Positions 57,017 through 64,000 of a stretch of 64,000 bases of DNA are shown here, piece by piece. A program made the position numbers and the translations under genes. The DNA is from a bacterium (lineage in GTDB: Bacteria; Bacillota; Clostridia; Christensenellales; CAG-138), in contig JALFDW010000014.1 of NCBI GenBank assembly GCA_022778545.1, positions 81,822 to 145,821 on the forward strand, written 5' to 3'. The notes below the pieces were generated by a model, which was not told the DNA's origin, made no database searches, and saw only the letters and a program-made list of their open reading frames with translations. Position 1 is the first letter of the stretch; each line of letters opens with the position of its first letter.

Positions 57017-57766
57017 ATGAAGCTGACAGTCCTTGGAAAATACGGCCCATTCCCCGCACCCGGCGGAGCCTGTTCGGGCTACCTGCTCGAATGCGGGCGG
57101 AGCAGGCTGCTGCTCGACCTTGGGAGCGGCACGCTTTCCCGCCTTCTCCAGTTCGTGCCAACGCTTCAGATCGACGCGATCCTGCTTTCCCATCTACACA
57201 GCGACCACATGGGCGATCTTCTCATCCTGCGCTATGCTTTGCAGCAGTATAAGGCCCGTGGGCAGGATGTGCCCATGCCGCTCGCCGTGATCGCGCCGGA
57301 TGTTCCGGAGGAGGAATACCGCCTTCTGACAGGCTCCGGCGTATATGACATCACCATAGCGCGCGACAAGCTGCGCGCCCGCATCGGGGATGTTGCCATC
57401 ACGCTTCACCGCATGACGCACCCCGTGCCCACCTATGGTTTTTCCATCGAGCATGGCGGCAGGCGCATGTTCTATACCGGCGATACCGGCTGGCGGGATG
57501 ACCTTCCATCGCTTTGTGCAGGGGCCGACCTTTTGCTTGCGGATGCATGTTTCGCAGAAGCAGATCGCCCGGGCGGCAGCGGCAGCGTCGCCGCGCACCT
57601 GACAGCAGCGGAAGCGGGCCGCATCGCAAGGGAGGCAGGCGTCAAGAAGCTCGTCTGCACGCATCTTTGGGGCGGCGGCTGCAACGAAGCGCAAATGCTC
57701 GAGGAAGCGCGCGCCCAGTTCCCGGATGCAGTTGTCGCCGAGGAGATGCAGTCCTACCTGATTTAA
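57017..57766 (+). CDS. MBL-fold metallo-hydrolase
   Basis: LLSHLHSDHMGDL motif and downstream Asp/His ligand positions. Confidence 0.85.
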   Translation: MKLTVLGKYGPFPAPGGACSGYLLECGRSRLLLDLGSGTLSRLLQFVPTLQIDAILLSHLHSDHMGDLLILRYALQQYKARGQDVPMPLAVIAPDVPEEEYRLLTGSGVYDITIARDKLRARIGDVAITLHRMTHPVPTYGFSIEHGGRRMFYTGDTGWRDDLPSLCAGADLLLADACFAEADRPGGSGSVAAHLTAAEAGRIAREAGVKKLVCTHLWGGGCNEAQMLEEARAQFPDAVVAEEMQSYLI

Positions 57767-57788
57767 TTCGCAGAGGTATTTCCTGAGC

Positions 57789-58214
57789 TCAGTTTATGCA
57801 GAGCTCTATGATCAGAAGCGCCAGTTCGCCAACGATCAACAGGTGAAGAATGACATGATATAAGTCCGGCACAATCCTCGTTTCATCGGGAGGAAAGAGC
57901 GGAATCGTATCCTTGAAGCATTCATGATAGCCTTGCAGCTTTTTCTCCGAAGCGCCGAAGATGAAATAATACCAATGGCAAAAGAACTGCACAACGGCCC
58001 AAAACAGAAGCACTCCGAGCAGGATCCAGCGTCCAACCGGCTTGCAGCAAAAATAGGCCGCTGTCCCCGCAGAATAAAGCAGCAGCATTACAAATTCAGC
58101 ACTTTTGATCCCCATGCCCTCAACGAGGATGCGATTTCCCACTTTATATGTAACGATACAACCGAAAAACCATCCTGCGAGAAGGACGGTGACAATACCG
58201 ATCGCAAGCTCCAT
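57789..58214 (-). CDS. Hypothetical 4-TM membrane protein in a lower-GC single-gene patch
   Basis: MELAIGIVTVLLAGWFFGCIV... is hydrophobic. The start was set at 58214. Confidence 0.55.
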   Translation of the reverse strand: MELAIGIVTVLLAGWFFGCIVTYKVGNRILVEGMGIKSAEFVMLLLYSAGTAAYFCCKPVGRWILLGVLLFWAVVQFFCHWYYFIFGASEKKLQGYHECFKDTIPLFPPDETRIVPDLYHVILHLLIVGELALLIIELCIN

Positions 58215-58291
58215 ATGATTTCCTCTCTTCTGAAGGCTGTCAGCACTGTATTGAGGCAAAACGAACAGCCATTCAAAAATGTCAACATTTG

Positions 58292-58325
58292 AAAAGCTGG
58301 CGCCGTTCGGAATCTCAGCGCCAGC
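58292..58325 (-). terminator. Terminator after ilvE
   Basis: An 8-bp GC-rich stem (gctggcgc / gcgccagc) followed on the minus strand by TTTTCAAAT. Confidence 0.5.
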
Positions 58326-58341
58326 TCCATTTTAGTTTAAG

Positions 58342-59403
58342 TTATACGTGGTAGATCCAGCCATGCGTATCCGCGATCTTGCCGGACTGGATGCCGGTGA
58401 TCTCATCGTAGAGCCGCTGGGTGACAGGGCCGACTGCGCCGCCGTTGACCGTGACGCTCACGTCGCCATAATGGAGTTCGCCAATGGGAGAAACCACAGC
58501 CGCAGTACCGCAGCCGAAGGCTTCCTCCAGCGTACCCGCGCGCATCGCCGCAACAAGCTCATCTACGCTGAGGAGCCGCTCTTCCACCGGAATGCCCCAT
58601 TCCTTGAGCAGAGCGATGCAGCTCTTGCGCGTGATGCCCGGCAGCACAGAGCCGGTGAGCTTCGGTGTCACGACCGTGCCCGCGATCTTGAACATCACGT
58701 TCATGCTGCCCACTTCTTCAATATACTTGCGTTCCACGCCATCCAGCCACAGCACCTGGGAGAAGCCAAGCTTTTCCGCCCGTGCACCCGCGCGGTTTGC
58801 CGCCGCGTAGTTGCCGCCGCACTTGGCATAGCCCGTGCCGCCGCGCACCGCACGCACATCCTCAGTTTCGATCATGATGCGGACTGGGTTGATACCTTCT
58901 TTATAATAGCTACCCACCGGCGATGTGATGATGCAGAACACCGCATGGGAAATGCCGTGCAGCGAAAGATCGGGATCCGTCGCAAACAGGAACGGGCGGA
59001 TATAGAGCGAAGTGCCGGGCGCATTGGGCACCCAGTCCTGATCCAGCTCCACAAGCTGGCGCATGGCTTCAAGGACGAATTCCTGATCGAACTGCGGCAG
59101 CGTGATACGCTCCGCCGAATCGCTCATGCGCTTCAGGTTTTCCATCGGCCGGAACATCTGAATTTTGCCTTCTGCCGTGCGGTATGCCTTCAGGCCCTCA
59201 AACACCTCTGCGCCATAATGGAATACAGCCGCCGCAGGCGCAAGTGGAATGGGCGCATACGGCACAATGCGTGCATCATGCCAGCCTTCGGCACCATCGT
59301 ACTCCATTAAAAACATGTGGTCGGAAAAAACCGTACCAAAGGAAAGCGTCGCCGGATCGGGCTTGCTTTTCGGCTGCGTTGTTTTTGTGATCCTGATTTC
59401 CAT
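58342..59403 (-). CDS. ilvE: Branched-chain amino acid aminotransferase
   Basis: SFGTVFSDHMFLMEY...YIRPFLFATD...GGTGYAKCGGNYAA. The start at 59403 has an AAAGGAG RBS. Confidence 0.93.
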   Translation of the reverse strand: MEIRITKTTQPKSKPDPATLSFGTVFSDHMFLMEYDGAEGWHDARIVPYAPIPLAPAAAVFHYGAEVFEGLKAYRTAEGKIQMFRPMENLKRMSDSAERITLPQFDQEFVLEAMRQLVELDQDWVPNAPGTSLYIRPFLFATDPDLSLHGISHAVFCIITSPVGSYYKEGINPVRIMIETEDVRAVRGGTGYAKCGGNYAAANRAGARAEKLGFSQVLWLDGVERKYIEEVGSMNVMFKIAGTVVTPKLTGSVLPGITRKSCIALLKEWGIPVEERLLSVDELVAAMRAGTLEEAFGCGTAAVVSPIGELHYGDVSVTVNGGAVGPVTQRLYDEITGIQSGKIADTHGWIYHV

Positions 59404-59665
59404 CGTATGCTCCTTTTGTGTTCCCGGGGCCTGCACGTTCCGCATGCCGCCCCCTCGCAAGAAATAATATATTAAGTATAAGTATACATCCAAATTGCCG
59501 TGACGCACAACAGCAATCCGCAATTTTTGTCAAACCCGGGATATAAATTCAAACCCTCTGCAACATTTTCCGCAGGCGGTTGTTTCGCACGGCAAAACGC
59601 TTTATAATAAGATTGTTTATTATCGGCCCTGTGCGGCATGCGCCGGGCAGACAGGAAGGGTTCCC

Positions 59666-60523
59666 ATGAGCAAGCAAAGCAGCATCGCGATTCTGACCGA
59701 TTCCGGCACGGACGTTCCGGTGGAATTCGCCCGCACGCACAACATTTTCACGCTCCCGTTGTCCATTCAGTTTTCGGACGGGTTATATCTCGACGGCGTG
59801 ACCATCACGCCGGAAGAAGTCTACAGGCGTTTGCCCCATGAGATCCCCAAAACTTCCCTGCCTTCTTCGGAGGGCATTCTCCATACGCTCCAACAGATCC
59901 GGGAATCCGGTTACGACACCCTGTTCATCATCACCATTTCCAGCGCGCTCAGCGGAACGTTCAACCTGATGCGGCTCACGGCGCGTGACGTCCCTGAGTT
60001 GGACTGCCGCCTGATCGACACGCGGAACATCGGCATCGGCGCGGGCTTCACCGTAATGCGCGCGGCAGAGATGATCGCGGACGGTGCATCAGCAGATGAA
60101 ATCGAAGCCAAACTGCAGGAACTTGTGAAGAGCACAAAAGTGTTCTTCTGCCTGCCCACGCTGGAATACCTGGCAAAAGGCGGGCGGATCGGCCGCGTGA
60201 CCGCAACAGTGGGTTCGCTTCTCGACGTGCGCCCAATCATCTCCTGCAACGAAGACGGTATCTATTACACCGTGCAAAAAGCGCGCGGCGCGGTGCGTGC
60301 GCTCTCCGCTACGCTGCAAAACGCAAAGGATTATGCAGCAAACCATGTGTTTCATCTCGCCATCGCGCATGGCGGCGTGCCGGAGCTTGCCGCACATGTG
60401 GAAGCGCAGCTTGCCGGCCTCATCAGTTCGGCAAAATCCTATGTTCGCACGCAGGTCAGCCCCGCGCTTGGCGTCCATACCGGCCCCGGGCTCATCGGCG
60501 TCGGCGTGCAGCGGCTTGTCTGA
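59666..60523 (+). CDS. DegV-family fatty-acid-binding protein
   Basis: IAILTDSGTDVP...LSGTFN...YLAKGGRIG. Confidence 0.9.
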   Translation: MSKQSSIAILTDSGTDVPVEFARTHNIFTLPLSIQFSDGLYLDGVTITPEEVYRRLPHEIPKTSLPSSEGILHTLQQIRESGYDTLFIITISSALSGTFNLMRLTARDVPELDCRLIDTRNIGIGAGFTVMRAAEMIADGASADEIEAKLQELVKSTKVFFCLPTLEYLAKGGRIGRVTATVGSLLDVRPIISCNEDGIYYTVQKARGAVRALSATLQNAKDYAANHVFHLAIAHGGVPELAAHVEAQLAGLISSAKSYVRTQVSPALGVHTGPGLIGVGVQRLV

Positions 60524-60544
60524 ACAAAAAGGAGGGGTGCGCAG

Positions 60545-62086
60545 ATGAGGAAGCACAAATGGATCCGCAAAGCCATGGCACGGCGCTTCATCGTTGCGCT
60601 GCTTCTGATCGCACAGTTTGCGCTTCTCCTGCTCTTTATCGCTTCAAGCACGGCTGCTTCCAAGTGGATTCCCGTTTTTCTTTCCGCAATCAGCATCTGC
60701 GTGGGCATCTATGTCATCAACGAACGCGGCAAGCCCGGTTTCAAGATGACATGGCTTTTTACGGTGCTTATGTTCCCCGTGTTCGGCGGCCTTCTTTACC
60801 TGTTTGCAACACGGCAGGCAAGCGGCACTTATGTGCGCAAGCGGCTTAAAAAAGCGCGGGCGGAAACAACGGGCCGTTTTGAGGCAGATGGTGAACTCCT
60901 CGCTGAAGCGACGCATGCTTACCCTGCCTGTGCAACGCAGCAGAGATATTTACAATCCTTTGCAGGGTTCCCCATCTGCAAGAACACGGCCGCGACCTAC
61001 TACCCTTCCGGCGAAAGCTTTTATGCCGCATTGCTGGACGAGCTCCAGTGCGCGGAGCATTATATCTTCCTGGAGTTTTTCATTATCGAGGAAGGCATCA
61101 TGTGGAATTCCATCCTCGATATACTCCGACAAAAAGCAGCGGAAGGACTTGATGTGCGCCTGATGTTCGATGACATGGGATGTTTCTTGACACTGCCGAA
61201 GGAGTATCCGCAATACCTCGAATCGCTCGGGATCAAGTGCAAGGTGTTCAGCCCCTTTGTGCCGGTGCTCTCCGTACTGCAAAACAACCGCGATCACCGA
61301 AAGATCGCCTCCATTGACGGCAAGGTGGCCTTCACCGGCGGCGCAAACCTCGCGGATGAATACATCAACGCATATGACAAGCATGGCCGCTGGCGCGATG
61401 CGGCAATCCGCCTTGTGGGTGATGGCGCATGGAACCTGACACTGATCTTTCTGGAGCTTTGGCGTTTCGCTTCCGGCACGGATGAAGATTGCCTTGCTTT
61501 CCGGCCGGAGCAGGTCACTCCCCTGCCTTCCGCTGAACCGGGAGCCTATGTGCAGCCATATGCGGACAACCCGCTTGATACCGAAAACGTAAGCGAGCAT
61601 GTTTACATGCAGATCATCCAGAACGCGCAGGATTATGTCTACATCAGCACGCCGTATCTCATCATTGACGATACGATCATCTCCGCGCTGACGCTTGCCG
61701 CAAAAAGCGGCGTAGACGTACGCATCCTGACGCCGCAGCGCTGGGATAAACGGCTCGTGCACATTACAACGCGCTCCTATTACCGGGATCTTATCAAGGC
61801 AGGCGTAAAGATCTACGAATACAAGGACGGCTTCAACCACGCAAAGACCTTTGTTTCCGATGACCGCGTGACAACGGTCGGCACGGTAAACCTCGATTAC
61901 CGCAGCCTGTATCTGCACTATGAATGCGGTGTTGCCCTATATGGCGGTAGTGTTGTCTCCGCCGTGCGGGACGATTTTCTCAATGTGCTTTCCGAGTGTG
62001 TCCCGATCACGCCGGAAGCCTGTGCCGTCAGCACGCCGAAGCGGATCTTTCAGGACATCCTGCGCATTTTTGCGCCGCTGATGTAA
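60545..62086 (+). CDS. cls: Cardiolipin synthase
   Basis: Two HKD motifs (NRDHRKIASIDGKVAFTGGANL and FNHAKTFVSDDRVTTVGTVNLDYRS) and N-terminal TM segments. Confidence 0.93.
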   Translation: MRKHKWIRKAMARRFIVALLLIAQFALLLLFIASSTAASKWIPVFLSAISICVGIYVINERGKPGFKMTWLFTVLMFPVFGGLLYLFATRQASGTYVRKRLKKARAETTGRFEADGELLAEATHAYPACATQQRYLQSFAGFPICKNTAATYYPSGESFYAALLDELQCAEHYIFLEFFIIEEGIMWNSILDILRQKAAEGLDVRLMFDDMGCFLTLPKEYPQYLESLGIKCKVFSPFVPVLSVLQNNRDHRKIASIDGKVAFTGGANLADEYINAYDKHGRWRDAAIRLVGDGAWNLTLIFLELWRFASGTDEDCLAFRPEQVTPLPSAEPGAYVQPYADNPLDTENVSEHVYMQIIQNAQDYVYISTPYLIIDDTIISALTLAAKSGVDVRILTPQRWDKRLVHITTRSYYRDLIKAGVKIYEYKDGFNHAKTFVSDDRVTTVGTVNLDYRSLYLHYECGVALYGGSVVSAVRDDFLNVLSECVPITPEACAVSTPKRIFQDILRIFAPLM

Positions 62087-62139
62087 CATGGCCGGTGATT
62101 GACTGTGCGTCCTTCTGCCGTTATAATATGATACAGCGT

Positions 62140-62222
62140 GCGGCTGTGGTGGAACGGCATACACAACGGACTTAAAATCCGTCGGCGAAAGCTTGGGGGT
62201 TCAAATCCCCCCAGCCGCACCA
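62140..62222 (+). tRNA. tRNA-Leu (anticodon UAA) with encoded CCA
   Basis: Hand fold: acceptor GCGGCTG/CAGCCGC. Anticodon arm ACGGA-CTTAAAA-TCCGT. Long variable arm CGGCGAAAGCTT. T arm GGGGG-TTCAAAT-CCCCC. Discriminator A followed by CCA. Confidence 0.9.
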
Positions 62223-62226
62223 TAAC

Positions 62227-62275
62227 TGGACACCAATTTTGATGAGAAAGCATCCTGATTGGTGTCCATTTCCTA
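62227..62275 (+). terminator. Terminator after tRNA-Leu
   Basis: An 11-bp stem (tggacaccaat / attggtgtcca) followed by TTTCCTATTT. A second, oppositely oriented hairpin at ~62288-62311 follows the 62319 gene. Confidence 0.45.
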
Positions 62276-62318
62276 TTTATAAGAAAAGCGCTCATCAAAA
62301 GATGAACGCTGCTTGAGG

Positions 62319-62696
62319 TCATAAGGTATTCGGATCCAGGTCTGTAATGAAGTAGGTCATGCTGCGAATCGCAACACCATCTTTTTCAAAACGGCCAAAG
62401 CCCCAAACATAATCGATCCGTTCCATCAACACTTTGAAAACAATGAGGCCAAAGAACAACCCGGATTGTGTTTCATTCCTGCCGCAGGCATAATAAAGAG
62501 GTTCGTATACCGTTCCGGCCCAGTCATTTCCAGGCATCCACCCTGCGGTGTTGACATCGTTTGCATCAACTTGCCGATTGATCGCATCCACAACTTTATC
62601 GTAATCAGCATCCGAAATATTCTTCCTCCAACGCGCAAAGTCACCGGCATGAGGCAGCTTTGTGACCTTTGCTCCGGTATCTACCGATATCAGCAT
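62319..62696 (-). CDS. Hypothetical protein (125 aa), low-GC islet
   Basis: An intact ORF with a start 17 nt after the upstream stop. No motif recognised. Confidence 0.6.
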   Translation of the reverse strand: MLISVDTGAKVTKLPHAGDFARWRKNISDADYDKVVDAINRQVDANDVNTAGWMPGNDWAGTVYEPLYYACGRNETQSGLFFGLIVFKVLMERIDYVWGFGRFEKDGVAIRSMTYFITDLDPNTL

Positions 62697-62712
62697 TCGT
62701 GCAGCCTCCTTT

Positions 62713-63138
62713 TTACTGTTCTACTGGTGTAATCACCTTTTTTACCATCAGCTTTGCAGGGGCGGTTTTTTTATAGCAGGATGCCGAAGAAAAGTACCCG
62801 CCGCAATACTTTTGAGAGATCGCTTTTCTGGAAGAAACTTCGTACCCAAAGGGCGCAAGGATTGTTTTAACCATTCGGCCCACCGCTTTTTTATTGAAAT
62901 TCGCATTCCCCTCCTTCGCCTTGAAGGAAAACTCGTTTTCTGATTTTGCATCGTGCCATTTTTCAAGTCCTTCAACGCAGGCAGCCAACGCAGGTTGACC
63001 CTGATCCGACAGTTCGAGCATCTTAATGATGTTTTCGTCCGTAGAGAGGATATCAAATACTTCCTGCGCGTCCTTGTTGTTAGTCAATCCGGAACAGCTG
63101 GGGTTCTCGGCCAAAAAATCCTGAAATGTTGCTTTCAT
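62713..63138 (-). CDS. Hypothetical protein (141 aa), low-GC islet
   Basis: An intact ORF co-oriented and tightly spaced with 62319-62696. No motif recognised. Confidence 0.6.
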   Translation of the reverse strand: MKATFQDFLAENPSCSGLTNNKDAQEVFDILSTDENIIKMLELSDQGQPALAACVEGLEKWHDAKSENEFSFKAKEGNANFNKKAVGRMVKTILAPFGYEVSSRKAISQKYCGGYFSSASCYKKTAPAKLMVKKVITPVEQ

Positions 63139-63353
63139 CGTGCGCTTGCGCTCCTTTCTCTGCCCGTTTTTAAACGTTTGATTTCATACATATAATATAG
63201 CGCATACCCAGCCTTATGTCAATATTCAAACGTTCAAATTCATACATTTAAATGAAGAAATTCCTTGATCATTGGCATCATGCCCGGATTCACCGGCGCA
63301 GTTGCCGCAGTAAATTGCACTGTCAGGAACCTTTCTCTGATTTTCAAAGGGCG

Positions 63354-63643
63354 CTATGCTTTTTGCAATTCCCGTATTATGCTCCTGTATTCTTCCCCAT
63401 GGGAACTTCCTTTTGCCCAAACAGCGTTGAACTCATGCTCCAATTGAAAGTTCGACAGCGGGATCGTTTTAAGCTTTCCTTCTCTCAGCAAAGCCTCCCC
63501 CACATCCTGATAAAGAACGCTGACCCCAACGTTTTCCTGGAGCATTTTGAGAATCAACTCCGCGCTGTTGATTTCATACCAGCTGGCGAAGGCCCCAATT
63601 GAGTAGCCGTGTTCCATCAAAAAATGCTCAAATATCTCTCTTG
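63354..63643 (-). pseudogene. C-terminal fragment of a LysR-type regulator (substrate-binding domain only), truncated by IS insertion
   Basis: It encodes only ~97 aa resembling the distal LysR effector domain (...ELILKMLQENVGVSVLYQDVGEALLREGKLKTIPL...). No HTH part is present. The reading frame runs straight into the IS terminal repeat. Confidence 0.55.
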
Positions 63644-64000
63644 TGAACAGCACCCCATTTGTTAGACAGTATGGTATACTACTAACGAATGGGGTGTTGC
63701 TTTATGCCAAAAGGGAAGCCAAACAAGAGATACACAGGGGAGTTTAAGCAGATGGTAGTAGAGACGATGAGAAAAGAAGGTCTCAGCTACAAGGAAGCAG
63801 AACGTCAGTTCGAATTACCGCATATGCGGGCAGCAGCCTGGGAACGAATCTACCTTGAGGAAGGACCTGAAGGCCTGTATATTGAGCGGTGCGGACGTAG
63901 CAGCAAAGGACGGCCGCCAAAGATGCTAAAGCCAGAGGTTGAAGAAGATTTGCTGGCAGAAGTGCAGCGGCTGCGTGCGGAGAACGCATACCTAAAAAAA
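63643..64000 (+). mobile_element. IS3-family (IS150-like) insertion sequence, left end (continues beyond the window)
   Basis: The terminal sequence TG(TG)AACAGCACCCCATTTGTTAGACAGT resembles, from memory, the IS150-group left inverted repeat. An orfA-type transposase gene follows. Confidence 0.7.
63704..64000 (+). CDS. IS3-family transposase OrfA (HTH/leucine-zipper part), partial
   Basis: Hand translation: MPKGKPNKRYTGEFKQMVVETMRKEGLSYKEAERQFELPH...GRPPKMLKPEVEEDLLAEVQRLRAENAYLKK, the typical OrfA pattern. Confidence 0.75.
   Translation, partial: MPKGKPNKRYTGEFKQMVVETMRKEGLSYKEAERQFELPHMRAAAWERIYLEEGPEGLYIERCGRSSKGRPPKMLKPEVEEDLLAEVQRLRAENAYLKK

Noticed and set aside
59404-59665. A T-box or other riboswitch upstream of ilvE.
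   Set aside because: I could not find a T-box consensus, a specifier-loop layout or a terminator/antiterminator pair. This is probably just divergent promoters for ilvE and degV.
63226-63602. ORFs 63226-63420(-), 63252-63602(+) and 63265-63447(+).
   Set aside because: They are short, lack an RBS, and are either antisense to the LysR fragment or lie in the intergenic spacer.

Overview
This 64-kb window comes from a high-GC, endospore-forming Clostridia-type chromosome. That reading rests on spoIIAA-spoIIAB-sigF, a gerA-type operon, yunB and SleB-like genes; the finer taxon cannot be verified here. The window has three parts. (1) 1 to ~7390 is the visibly lower-GC end of an integrated conjugative or mobilisable element. 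It carries a Cys-rich VLP protein, a RepA_N-type initiator and a ParB-like protein. After these come a relic of a second initiator gene and a cargo block: an N-anchored membrane protein, three paralogous small secreted proteins, and a large secreted LRR protein with a long array of Cys/His mini-repeats that runs off the left edge. (2) ~7390-62100 is core chromosome, almost all on the minus strand. It holds rplM-rpsI, trmL, iadA and a SleB-like lipoprotein. Next is the block rbgA-rnhB-yraN / glycosylation cassette / comM-dprA-topA-trmFO-hslVU. Then come a MacB-type ABC transporter with a heptad-repeat partner, a small membrane-protein operon with two unannotated mini-peptides, and cdaA-cdaR. 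These are followed by gerA, pbp1A/yunB, the sigF operon, rplU-prp-rpmA, ilvE, degV and cls. (3) 62140-64000 holds tRNA-Leu(UAA) followed by a low-GC islet with two orphan genes and a LysR gene truncated by an IS3/IS150-type element that runs off the right edge. No CRISPR array, rRNA, prophage or recognisable defence system was seen. The most unusual material is the element's cargo block, a fused double GT-C glycosyltransferase, the ABC/heptad-repeat trio and the twin mini-peptide operon. Starts were refined by hand from RBS positions. All homology calls come from motif recognition, not from searches.
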